A stretch of DNA of 64,000 nt from Candidatus Thorarchaeota archaeon. Its GTDB lineage: Archaea; Asgardarchaeota; Thorarchaeia; Thorarchaeales; Thorarchaeaceae. The position numbers and the translations under genes are program-made. Each line of letters opens with the position of its first letter. Within the stretch, counting starts at the first letter, position 1. Under the pieces are notes generated by a model. It did not search any database, had not been told where the DNA came from, and saw nothing but the letters and a program-made list of their open reading frames with translations. The stretch is from positions 61,956 through 125,955 of the forward strand of contig JAWAQK010000001.1 of the NCBI GenBank assembly GCA_038893995.1, given 5' to 3'. Positions 25,641 to 35,005 of this stretch are shown one piece after another.

Positions 25641-28061
25641 ATGAGAGGCGGCGACAGTGTCAGGGCGACTATGAAGACAGGACGACTGGGCACGACCATC
25701 CCTGTGTTGTTGATCATTCTGTTCATTATGTTTCCATGGATTGTAGTTACGGATTCTGTGCACACGACCGAACCCGATCGTGAGCCAACATCAGACGCTA
25801 TCTCAGCGAGAGTACTGATCGACGAGTCTCACTGTGCGAACGGAAGTAGTCTGTGGACTCCCGGCAACCTATCTCTCTTTGGATGGATACTTCAGCAGAA
25901 CGGCCATGTAGTGACTACAAATCTTGCCACGAGCCTGGATTCTGGGATCCTGCAGGACTACGATGTTGTCGTCCTCTTCTATCCTGCAGTCAACCTGACC
26001 GCAGGCGAATTTGATGCTATCCGAGCGTTCGTTGAGTCGGGTAGGGGACTAGTCCTGGTTGGTACCGACAATGAGAATTGGTGGAAGCTCAGGCCAGATT
26101 ATCTCAACACAATCTCCCGAGGATATGGTATAGAGTTCAACCAGGACCGTGTGACTGCCGATGTGACAGATCTTGCTGTGCACCCCATCAACCATCAGGT
26201 CTCGGTGCTTCACACGAGAGGGATCCAACTTGATGGGTGTACTCTCACTCTAAGCGGAGCGGCAGCGTATATTGCAGCAGTCCCTACGGGTCCAGTTGCT
26301 GCAGTAACAGAGGCCGGTGCGGGTAAGATCGTTGCAGTGGGTACGCCCGCACCATTCTACATGTACCGCATGCTCGACCCATCAGCCAGCAGAGCACATT
26401 TCCAGTTCGCTCTAAACATAATTGATTGGCTGGCGAGCAATTCACCCAGGACCGTCAACGAGCCCGAATATGCCATCATTAGAGTCAAGTCAGGACCGAC
26501 TCTGAGTGCTGAGGACCTGGAAAGATACAAGCTGTACGTAGGACTGTATCACGACCACACCACTCATAGTGACGGCGCAAACTCGGCTGCACGCATGCTT
26601 GAAGCAGGGCTCGAAAAGGGACTCGACTTCATGATACTGACGGACCATTCGCACTTGCAGCCAAACACCATATCCGGGGTGTATGGAGCCATGGAGGCGA
26701 GGAGCATCGCCGAGAAGTACGGACTCGACTGTCTTCAAGTCATTGGAGCTGAACTGTCGTCCGTAAAACACACAGCGGGATTCCCACTGAATGAGAATAT
26801 CTGGACAAACAACCAGTCGGAGGCAGTCATTCGGATTCACGAACAGGGCGGAATCGCTATACTCTGCCATCCGACAATGGAATACTCCTACGGCGAGGTC
26901 TTCTCGCGAATGAACGAACTCAACTATGACGCATTTGAGGTCGACAACAGCGGATACATTTTCGGCTCGGGCGAGGATGCTCTGATCTGGCCATTCATGG
27001 GTGCCTGTGACAGTCACTCTGCGTCCCATGTAGGTGACGTGCTGAACGCCCTTTTCGTCGAGAACCCCAGCGGACAGGAGGGACAACTGGCAGATGAGGA
27101 CATCAAGAACGCAGTCCTCACCAGACAACTGGTCGTGCTGGATCAGCTCAACAAGATCATACTCGGCGACAAGACATGGGTCGACAGACTCGTGGAGATG
27201 TGGGACAATGCCAAGAATGACATCACACAGACGGAGAATCTTCTGACCCAGATCGAGTCAACAGGACAGAAAGTTACCATGTCCAGATACTACCTCGACT
27301 CAGCAAGGACCTCGCTCGAACACATGAGCATCGGACGTGCAGGACGTCTACTTGGAAATGCGACATCTGAACTTGTGTTGGGATTGGACATTGGAATTGA
27401 AACGATCGAGATTGGCGAGCCTTGGTCCAGCATACCAATAGTGATCAGGTTGGCCAACAACCATTCAGCTCCAGTCGTTCTAAATACAACCGTCTATCCG
27501 CTGGGTGAGGTGGTGATTGACCCTATCAACCAGATCATCAATGCCTCTGCCAAGTCTGTGACAACTGAGACAAGGACCATGCAAACCGGAAACTATGGCT
27601 ATCTGAATTTCTGGCTCAATGTCATGAGCCTGTCTGATGAATATACTCTCATTCCTATCTTCATCTCAAGTCGGGGTCTTATCGATCATGTGACACACAC
27701 AATAACACCTGTAGGTGACAGCTTTCAGGTCGAGTTTCAATTCTGGATAGGGAGGCAGAACACCAAGACAGTCATCGATGCGTCTCTATTCTACGACACG
27801 GGATCGGGCTGGACGATGGCCAAAATGGAAGAGTCCTGGAACTACTTCTTTGCCCGAGTTGGTCAACTGCAGGCAGGCATGAAGATTCGTTATCGTGTCG
27901 TCGTGGTCACTGAGAGTGGTGTATTCACCCTCCGTGAGAGGTTGGCAGAGATACCTGGCACAAGTCCAGACCTGGGCATCATAGGGCTAGTCGTTGCCGT
28001 GGGAGCGCTTGGGCTGGTCACTGTGCTTGGCGTCTGGCGCATGAGGATCCGTCGAAACTGA
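25641..28061 (+). CDS. Membrane-anchored extracellular DUF4350-like + PHP metallo-phosphoesterase
   Basis: VLIDESH domain; PHP motifs HDHTTHSDG, TDH, CHP, CDSHS; signal peptide and C-terminal TM. Confidence 0.8.
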   Translation: MRGGDSVRATMKTGRLGTTIPVLLIILFIMFPWIVVTDSVHTTEPDREPTSDAISARVLIDESHCANGSSLWTPGNLSLFGWILQQNGHVVTTNLATSLDSGILQDYDVVVLFYPAVNLTAGEFDAIRAFVESGRGLVLVGTDNENWWKLRPDYLNTISRGYGIEFNQDRVTADVTDLAVHPINHQVSVLHTRGIQLDGCTLTLSGAAAYIAAVPTGPVAAVTEAGAGKIVAVGTPAPFYMYRMLDPSASRAHFQFALNIIDWLASNSPRTVNEPEYAIIRVKSGPTLSAEDLERYKLYVGLYHDHTTHSDGANSAARMLEAGLEKGLDFMILTDHSHLQPNTISGVYGAMEARSIAEKYGLDCLQVIGAELSSVKHTAGFPLNENIWTNNQSEAVIRIHEQGGIAILCHPTMEYSYGEVFSRMNELNYDAFEVDNSGYIFGSGEDALIWPFMGACDSHSASHVGDVLNALFVENPSGQEGQLADEDIKNAVLTRQLVVLDQLNKIILGDKTWVDRLVEMWDNAKNDITQTENLLTQIESTGQKVTMSRYYLDSARTSLEHMSIGRAGRLLGNATSELVLGLDIGIETIEIGEPWSSIPIVIRLANNHSAPVVLNTTVYPLGEVVIDPINQIINASAKSVTTETRTMQTGNYGYLNFWLNVMSLSDEYTLIPIFISSRGLIDHVTHTITPVGDSFQVEFQFWIGRQNTKTVIDASLFYDTGSGWTMAKMEESWNYFFARVGQLQAGMKIRYRVVVVTESGVFTLRERLAEIPGTSPDLGIIGLVVAVGALGLVTVLGVWRMRIRRN

Positions 28062-28386
28062 TTGACCCAGTGATGTGGCCGCGTACATTACTGCGAGCAG
28101 TACAATAGTTTCCCGGGTGGACCGACTGTCACGTGTCGGTCTGGGATCAAAGCCAATTGACTGCTTATGCATCCTTGAAACCGGTGACGGACATAGACAC
28201 TAGGACTGCGAACATTTGACCGGGTCTGTGTCTAGTAGTCATCGGCTAGAACTCGAGAAGTTCTATCTGCCCAAAGTAGCTCGCAAGCTCCATCTCTGGT
28301 CCTTCACATAATTTAATATTCATTGATGAGTATTGTACATAAGATAGGGATAGAACTTACATCGGACTGAGTGAGAGGAACTGGAG

Positions 28387-28959
28387 ATGCACGACCTCGA
28401 ACGGGACGTAATAACAGCCTTCGGTCATGCAGTTGTTGAGTTCGAGGCCGCCCTGTATCAGAAGTTCATCATGATGTCTAGCGGTCATTCGTTGATAACC
28501 GTGGAGGAGTTCAGGAAGATCCTGCAGGAGATGTACGCCAAGGGCTACATCAGTCCGTTAGATCTTCTGGGGAAGAAGGCATGGAAGAAGCTCGTGATCG
28601 AGGACAGGATCGATGACGCACTGGTGCCACGAAGAATGATGATGAGTGGCGAGACACCCCCAGAGAGGATGGTCAAGACAAAGGGTCGTGTCGTCACTGA
28701 GTCCAGATGGGTTGCAGATCAGATAATGGAGGCCCTATCACGTAGCAGGTTCACAAGTAAGTCGCCTGAGAAGCGCATGGTCGAACTGCAGAAACATCTC
28801 TTAGAGATGAGGAAGGCACTCACGGTATCACAGAATGAGTTCATGAGCTATGTCGACAGGCACTTCCCCGATGTCAAGGAAGATCTGGCCAACCTGTTGA
28901 GGTCAAGAGGGGACCAGATGCTACTCCTTGGCATTAGGGTCCTGGAGGCTGTCGCATGA
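28387..28959 (+). CDS. Hypothetical protein, possible N-terminal winged helix
   Basis: GGAG SD, upstream TATA-like element, EEFRKILQEMYAKGYI helix. Confidence 0.65.
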   Translation: MHDLERDVITAFGHAVVEFEAALYQKFIMMSSGHSLITVEEFRKILQEMYAKGYISPLDLLGKKAWKKLVIEDRIDDALVPRRMMMSGETPPERMVKTKGRVVTESRWVADQIMEALSRSRFTSKSPEKRMVELQKHLLEMRKALTVSQNEFMSYVDRHFPDVKEDLANLLRSRGDQMLLLGIRVLEAVA

Positions 28960-28968
28960 GAGGCTGAA

Positions 28969-30090
28969 CTAGTAATCTCTCTTGACCAGGAATTCAGAGA
29001 AGTCCAACAGGAACTTACTGTATTTCTCGACGAGAGGTGGTAGTGCTTTTCCAAGACTCCTCTGACCCTCGTTGAGGAGCTCGAGCATAAGGCGCCTGGA
29101 GGCCTCAAGCGCACCGGAGTCTACGAAGACCTTCCGCACCTGATCAACCTCTTCGGGGGTCATGTCTCTCTTCCCCAGTAGCTCACGGAGAATACGTCTG
29201 TGTTCCGAACTGCCCATCTCGTTTGTCTTGACCACCAGGATCGTCTTCTTACCCTCTCGTATGTCCCCATCAGCGGACTTGCCTGTCACCTTCTCATCGC
29301 CGAAAGATCCAAGTATGTCATCCTGAATCTGGAAGGCCTGACCCACCCGTGTTGCATAGACACTCAGCGATGACTTCTGGGACTCACTGGCACCAGCAAT
29401 CGTGGCGCCCATCAAAAGTGACTTCTCGATAAGCGCAGCAGTCTTCATTCGAATCATATCGAGGTAGGACGCAGTACTTGTCTCGGTATCGTGGACCATC
29501 ACCATCTCAAGGAGTACTCCATCGACAAGCTCGTGGTATGCGGCCTGGTAATGACGCATGCACTCGACGCATGTCGTGGGATCTAGTCCAGAGCTCGCAA
29601 TCAACTCGGCACCCATGTTCAGTACTGAGTCGCCACTGAGTATGGCCATAGCGGCTCCAAATTCTGCAGCCCGGTCGGGGGCTGCACCTCGTGTCTTGGC
29701 CGCCCAGTCACGGTAGAGAGCGTGGACAGTGGGACCACCCCTACGCGTTTCATCACGGTCGATCAGATCATCGTGAAGAAGCGAACCGTTGTGGAGGAAC
29801 TCCACTGCGCATGACACCCTATAGAGATTGGCGGGCGCGGGCTGGTCTGAAATGGCCTTGTAACCTATCACGGTCAAGAGTGGTCGCAGACGCTTTCCCC
29901 CACGCATCATATAGTCGCGGATGTTCGTGTAGAACTGGTGGAACAGAGGTCCCATCTTCTCGCTGCCGACGAGTATTGATGCAAAGTGCTCGGACAATGC
30001 TGCGCTAACACGCTGGAGTTCGGTGGTCATTATCTGTTCGTATTCTGACAGGTGTCTCAGCCCCTTGACGACGGGAGCGAAAGACCTCAC
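28969..30090 (-). CDS. Trans-polyprenyl diphosphate synthase (IdsA/GGPPS family)
   Basis: GGKRLRP, FARM HDDLID..RRG, KT, SARM FQIQDD, DIREGKKT. Confidence 0.93.
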   Translation of the reverse strand: MRSFAPVVKGLRHLSEYEQIMTTELQRVSAALSEHFASILVGSEKMGPLFHQFYTNIRDYMMRGGKRLRPLLTVIGYKAISDQPAPANLYRVSCAVEFLHNGSLLHDDLIDRDETRRGGPTVHALYRDWAAKTRGAAPDRAAEFGAAMAILSGDSVLNMGAELIASSGLDPTTCVECMRHYQAAYHELVDGVLLEMVMVHDTETSTASYLDMIRMKTAALIEKSLLMGATIAGASESQKSSLSVYATRVGQAFQIQDDILGSFGDEKVTGKSADGDIREGKKTILVVKTNEMGSSEHRRILRELLGKRDMTPEEVDQVRKVFVDSGALEASRRLMLELLNEGQRSLGKALPPLVEKYSKFLLDFSEFLVKRDY

Positions 30091-30597
30091 CTATTTTAGC
30101 GTTACTGATTGTGTCGAGTCTCAGTTCTTCAATCAACGATAGGGCAAGAAGAGTTGGACACTGACACGGGTCTATTGTGGCTCGACTAGATGATGTAGGA
30201 CACTGCAATTGTTCCGTGTGGCTACAGAGTTGCTACGATCACTCGGTACGGACAATCTATGGATGTCCCACCCGACATGCCCGACGCTCGGACACTGGGA
30301 CCTCGACGCATTGAATCCATTGTCGTAAGGCGCATAGTAGATCTAGGAATCCCACACATTCGACGTGTAGTTTAAGCCTGGTTTAACCCAGACCGTGAGG
30401 TCAGGATCGTATCCTCTGGGGTATCGCCCAATGGGATGGCCGGCACTACCAGACCCGGGTTGTAGACATGCTTTTGACGAATATGCAATCCACCTGAACC
30501 CCAGGCCTGGTCCCTCATTGCTGACGGGCCTCAACGGGCGCGTGCTATCACGATCAAGTCTGTCATGGGCATCGAGCGTATAGTTCTGTGAGCACAC

Positions 30598-31518
30598 TCA
30601 GATCAGGAGGGTGCCTCTCATGACAGTCACTCCCTTTCCACTCACCTTGACGTGTCTGATCTCGTTCTGGTCACCGTCAACCTCAACGAAGATCTTACCG
30701 GGTCTGCCAAGTATATGCCCCTGCTCAATGACAATACTCGTGACAGGCTGCGAAGGAGCAATGATGCCATACTTGATCAGGTAGCCGGCCATGCTTCCTG
30801 CAGCCGAGCCTGTCACAGGGTCCTCTTCAATTCCAAGCAGTGGGGCAAAGTGCCTGACATGAACATCTGATGTGGGATCCAACGTTTCTCTTGTGAAGAC
30901 CTGTATAGACAGCCAATCGGAGTCACTCTGAAGTTGGTTGAGCAGTTCAGGATTGGGCTGGATGCGTCGGAGAGCACGGAGACTGGACACCGGTACCATC
31001 AGCTGAGGAACACCGGTACTTACGGTCTGGATAGGAAAGGGGGACATGATATCGGCCAGTGACAGTCCCAGAGCCATGGCATACTCGTGTGGGTCATATG
31101 TCTTCATGAAGGTGGGACGTTCGTGAGTTATCTGGACCTCGTGAAGTCCAGTCACCCGATCGTGTACGACCTCGATCTGGAGCACACCGGCTCTAGTTTC
31201 CAGGCTATGGACTGAAACGTCTCTCGATGTGTCGATCAGTCCCTGATCAATGAGGGCTACGAAGCCCGCCACGGTTAGATGTCCTGAGAATGGCATCTCT
31301 CCTCCCCGGGTCATGTAACGAAACAGCCAGTTTGCCGATGCAGACTTTCCAATGAACACGGTCTGGCCAGGACCGATCTCATCCACGATCTTCATCATCT
31401 GGTCGTCATTCAGATCGGTACTGAACACCACAAGTGCGGGATTGCCGCCAAACGGGATATCGGTAAAGGCATCTACCTGGAAGACACCGATTTCGCTTCT
31501 ACGATGCGCCATGCTCAA
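30598..31518 (-). CDS. PhzF-family isomerase
   Basis: VDAFT..PFGGNP, STGVP, EDPVTGSA, EQG...GRPG. Confidence 0.9.
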   Translation of the reverse strand: MSMAHRRSEIGVFQVDAFTDIPFGGNPALVVFSTDLNDDQMMKIVDEIGPGQTVFIGKSASANWLFRYMTRGGEMPFSGHLTVAGFVALIDQGLIDTSRDVSVHSLETRAGVLQIEVVHDRVTGLHEVQITHERPTFMKTYDPHEYAMALGLSLADIMSPFPIQTVSTGVPQLMVPVSSLRALRRIQPNPELLNQLQSDSDWLSIQVFTRETLDPTSDVHVRHFAPLLGIEEDPVTGSAAGSMAGYLIKYGIIAPSQPVTSIVIEQGHILGRPGKIFVEVDGDQNEIRHVKVSGKGVTVMRGTLLI

Positions 31519-31960
31519 CTACACAAATCACACACCTGCTAATTAACCCTGTTCAGGTGTTCGACTTGTGAGACCAGGTGGTTGAGAATGAGGTGGCAGG
31601 CACATGGGACATCGTGGTAGGAGGGGGAGTTTCATAGTTGAGGGCATACAACTAAAAACAACCCATGTACCTGCCATTGCTAAGTGATTGCACCAGGGTT
31701 GTGTCTCGCGCTACCACTGTACCATAGACAGAAGTCCTCGCCCTATTTAATATTTCTATTATGCGATGACTAAACGAGTGTTTAGTCCGTGTGACAGTTC
31801 CGGTACTTCGTAGTTTAAGATGCATGAATCAATATCGCAGAAACGTATTGCAGGTAGAAGACGAACAGTGGCAAGGCCAGCCAGGGAATGTGCACCCGGC
31901 CAGCCCGACACACCGCTAGCATGCTCCTCGGAACTAGGGCGGACTTGCCACCTCAGCGGA

Positions 31961-33604
31961 CTAGACATGGAACGGCCGAGATATGCTCTCTTCCTCAACG
32001 GCGTCAGGTCTATGGCCCTCTCTCCACTGATCCAGAGTCACGGAGTACTTTCTCTCTAGCCTGGACCGGTGAATGGTATTCATGGTGCAGAAGGGTACGA
32101 TTCGGCCGTCGGGAGTAGCATAGTTCACGTCACAGTGTTGCACACGTTCGAGGTCGAGGTTGAAAGGATCCTGAAAGTGCATTATGCCGATCATGATGAC
32201 ACGACGCATGAACTTCGCCAACGATTCGTAGTCACCCCGGTTGAGGAAGGCGACCAGCAAGTCCTTTAGGACGCCCTTCTTCTTGATGAAACGGACACTG
32301 CCCAGCATCTTCGCCTTCGCACGGGCACTTGCACCCCGTTTCTCGTTGGCATAGAGATCAGAGATCTCCGAAAGCACCTCAAGGAACTTATCCACGTCGA
32401 TCATGTCCGTGATGGGACGATAGCTGCCGTCCTCGTCAATGTATATGAACGTGGACATCCCACATGCAAAGTGTGAGCTGAGTTCTAGCTGAGGACTGCC
32501 CTTCATGAAACCCAGGGCCCTCCCAACGGGCAACATGGCTGGCACTGGATACCACACCGTTGCAGGGATGAGACCATTGGTCTGCTCTTCGATGAGGTGT
32601 ATGACATCGGGAACAGTGATCCTCATCTTCATCCGTGCGCTATAGTCAATCCTACCAGTGATGCTGACTGGCTGGAAGTTCACACAACGCACCACATCCC
32701 TGTTCTGTACTGCGAACTCAACTATCTTGCCAAGTTGGTCATCATTCACGCCCCTAACAACAGTGGGAACTAGCACGAGAGACTCCATACCTATCTCTCG
32801 AGCATTCTGGATTGCCTGTTTCTTCACATCGAGCAGGTTCATCCCTCGGGCGGCAATGTAGGGTTCGGGCGTGACTCCATCAAACTGCATGTAGACTGTC
32901 GACAGTCCGGCGTCTCTGAGCTCCTGGAGATACTCCTTGCTCTTCCCAATCCGAATCCCGTTACTGGCGATCTCCACGTGCCTGAAACCAAGCTGCTTTG
33001 CCCATCGTATGTACTGAGGCAGATGCTTACTGACTGTGGGCTCACCACCTGCGAACTGGATGGCTGGGGCGGGCACCGGAAGGTTTCTCCTCAGATTTCG
33101 CATCATTTCCAGGACCTCTTCGGGTTTGGGCTCGTAGACTGTGCCGCCCTCTGCTGCAACCGCGAAACAGATTGGACATCTCAGGTTGCAGCGGTTCGTG
33201 ACGTCCAGGAGTGCAAGCGCAGTGTGGGACTTGTGCTGTGGGCACTGTCCGCAGTCCTCGGGGCAACCTGCTACAGTTTGGGTCCTGGGATTGTCCAACC
33301 CTACTGATCTGTACCACCGGCTCATGGCTCTCCTGAACATATCTGCGTCGCCCCAGTATATATCGACGAACTCGCCGTGCTTCTCGCATGTCTTCTTGTA
33401 CATGACCTTCCCGTCTTCTTCATACAGCGTGGCATCGATGACATGCACCTTGTCCTCTCCCAAGAAGCACTCTGGACAGATTGACTTCGTGGTGTATGGG
33501 AGGGACCTCATAGGATACTTCTCGATCCGATACCTTGACAGACTGCCTCCATCGGCATGGGTCACCGGTTTCTCTGGAATAGGAGTCACATCTCCAGATG
33601 TCAT
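31961..33604 (-). CDS. tes: Radical SAM tetraether (GDGT) synthase, MJ0619/Tes family
   Basis: N-terminal CPEC...C..H, CPEDCGQC..H, CNLRCPIC, C-terminal FQDPFNLDLERV..C...PDGRIVPFC. Confidence 0.85.
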   Translation of the reverse strand: MTSGDVTPIPEKPVTHADGGSLSRYRIEKYPMRSLPYTTKSICPECFLGEDKVHVIDATLYEEDGKVMYKKTCEKHGEFVDIYWGDADMFRRAMSRWYRSVGLDNPRTQTVAGCPEDCGQCPQHKSHTALALLDVTNRCNLRCPICFAVAAEGGTVYEPKPEEVLEMMRNLRRNLPVPAPAIQFAGGEPTVSKHLPQYIRWAKQLGFRHVEIASNGIRIGKSKEYLQELRDAGLSTVYMQFDGVTPEPYIAARGMNLLDVKKQAIQNAREIGMESLVLVPTVVRGVNDDQLGKIVEFAVQNRDVVRCVNFQPVSITGRIDYSARMKMRITVPDVIHLIEEQTNGLIPATVWYPVPAMLPVGRALGFMKGSPQLELSSHFACGMSTFIYIDEDGSYRPITDMIDVDKFLEVLSEISDLYANEKRGASARAKAKMLGSVRFIKKKGVLKDLLVAFLNRGDYESLAKFMRRVIMIGIMHFQDPFNLDLERVQHCDVNYATPDGRIVPFCTMNTIHRSRLERKYSVTLDQWREGHRPDAVEEESISRPFHV

Positions 33605-33721
33605 ATCATTCACCCAGACAACTATTTTACCACTAGACAGGGTGGTATTGTAGCAACACGGCAATAGGGCCGGATATAATCTTTGTCCGACGAATCAGAG
33701 TATGAATAGATAGTCCGGTAG

Positions 33722-34045
33722 TCAGATGGACATGACGAGACCCTGGTCAAAACCACCACGAGACTTACGTTTCTGTTCACGGATCTGGTCAATCTCTGCA
33801 GGAGAGACACCCCGAATGTCAAGAAGACGTGAAACAGCCTCTAGTAGGTCAGCGATCTCCTCAATGTCGCCTGACTGCTCGAGTTCATATGCCTCCTCCA
33901 CTATCTTCCGTCGGAGCATGAGGTCGAGCTCGACACCCGTCACGATACGTACTCTCACGGAACAGCCCCTGCTCCGCATGATATCAGGGACTCTATCACG
34001 GACCAGTTTTTCAGCGGGCTGCAAGATACCGGGCCCATTGCCCAT
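33722..34045 (-). CDS. All-alpha NTP pyrophosphohydrolase (COG4997/MazG-like)
   Basis: KLVRDRVP, KIVEEAYE, EEIADLLE, KR..RGGF. Confidence 0.85.
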   Translation of the reverse strand: MGNGPGILQPAEKLVRDRVPDIMRSRGCSVRVRIVTGVELDLMLRRKIVEEAYELEQSGDIEEIADLLEAVSRLLDIRGVSPAEIDQIREQKRKSRGGFDQGLVMSI

Positions 34046-34062
34046 CGGCCGTCACTCCCCCG

Positions 34063-34764
34063 TCACAGGATCATTGCCACGTCAATGTGGTCCCTGGCTG
34101 TGGTCATGAAAGAGTCGACGGCGGTAGCAACGTCGTCAGGCAGACTTCCGCTCCAGATTGCTGGGTCACTACGTTTCAGGCCGGCCCTCATCCGCTCCAG
34201 TGGTAGGAATCGGGGAGTCCGGTGAGTCAGGCTGAGAGATCCGAGCCACCGGCCCTGCCTCACGAGCTCATAGAGCGGCCGCAGTCCCAGCATCTCTTCA
34301 GGCACTAGAGCATCCCAGAAGAACGATACGCCACCGAACTGCTCAGGCTCGCCAATTCCGATCGCGTAGGTGTCAAGCGTAGCAACGGCTGAGCGGATGT
34401 CATAGAGCAGTCCGACCCGGCAATTGAGACACTGGTTGAACTCAAGACCATCACCGTTCGGTGCAACAAAGGCTATGCCGTTCTTCTCGACGTTGCTGTC
34501 GTTGCAGTGCATGCAGAGGTTCATTCCCCACCGTACCTGAAGATGATCCTTCATGGGTCCGTTCAGCAGTCGTCGCATCGACCCGTCGAAGGCATCTCTT
34601 ACAACATCATGACCCTCAGTATCGAGGCGTTGTCGAATAGCGCTCCAGAGATGTAGCCGGTCCTGCCAGAGGACATTCACAACCATGTCAGCCAATCGGT
34701 CAATACTCTTGGAGTCCAGTCCACTCACAGTCTCGCACCTAGGACTAGACAGGAGTCGCACCAA
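34063..34764 (-). CDS. Hypothetical protein with possible Zn ribbon
   Basis: CMHC...CLNC; 17 nt upstream of the pyrophosphohydrolase. Confidence 0.65.
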   Translation of the reverse strand: MVRLLSSPRCETVSGLDSKSIDRLADMVVNVLWQDRLHLWSAIRQRLDTEGHDVVRDAFDGSMRRLLNGPMKDHLQVRWGMNLCMHCNDSNVEKNGIAFVAPNGDGLEFNQCLNCRVGLLYDIRSAVATLDTYAIGIGEPEQFGGVSFFWDALVPEEMLGLRPLYELVRQGRWLGSLSLTHRTPRFLPLERMRAGLKRSDPAIWSGSLPDDVATAVDSFMTTARDHIDVAMIL

Positions 34765-35005
34765 TTAAGTCTTGGCTGCGTCAATGGTCGACTCTGCTGC
34801 ACATGGCCCGCCTCGGGATTGCCGAATGTTTTTAAGGGGATAGAGACTCGGAGCTTCCGGCAGCGGTCAGGTGAGATAAAGGATGGATTGCCAAATCGTC
34901 ACTGCATCTCTATGACGTACATGAGATAGATGTCGTCACTTCACCTGAAGTCTTGCTGGATAACACTTTCTGCCCTTGTCTATTACTCTCAAAGAGGATA
35001 CTGAG

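Noticed and set aside
30200-30597. RNase P, SRP or 5S RNA
   Set aside because: Conserved signatures were not found on either strand.
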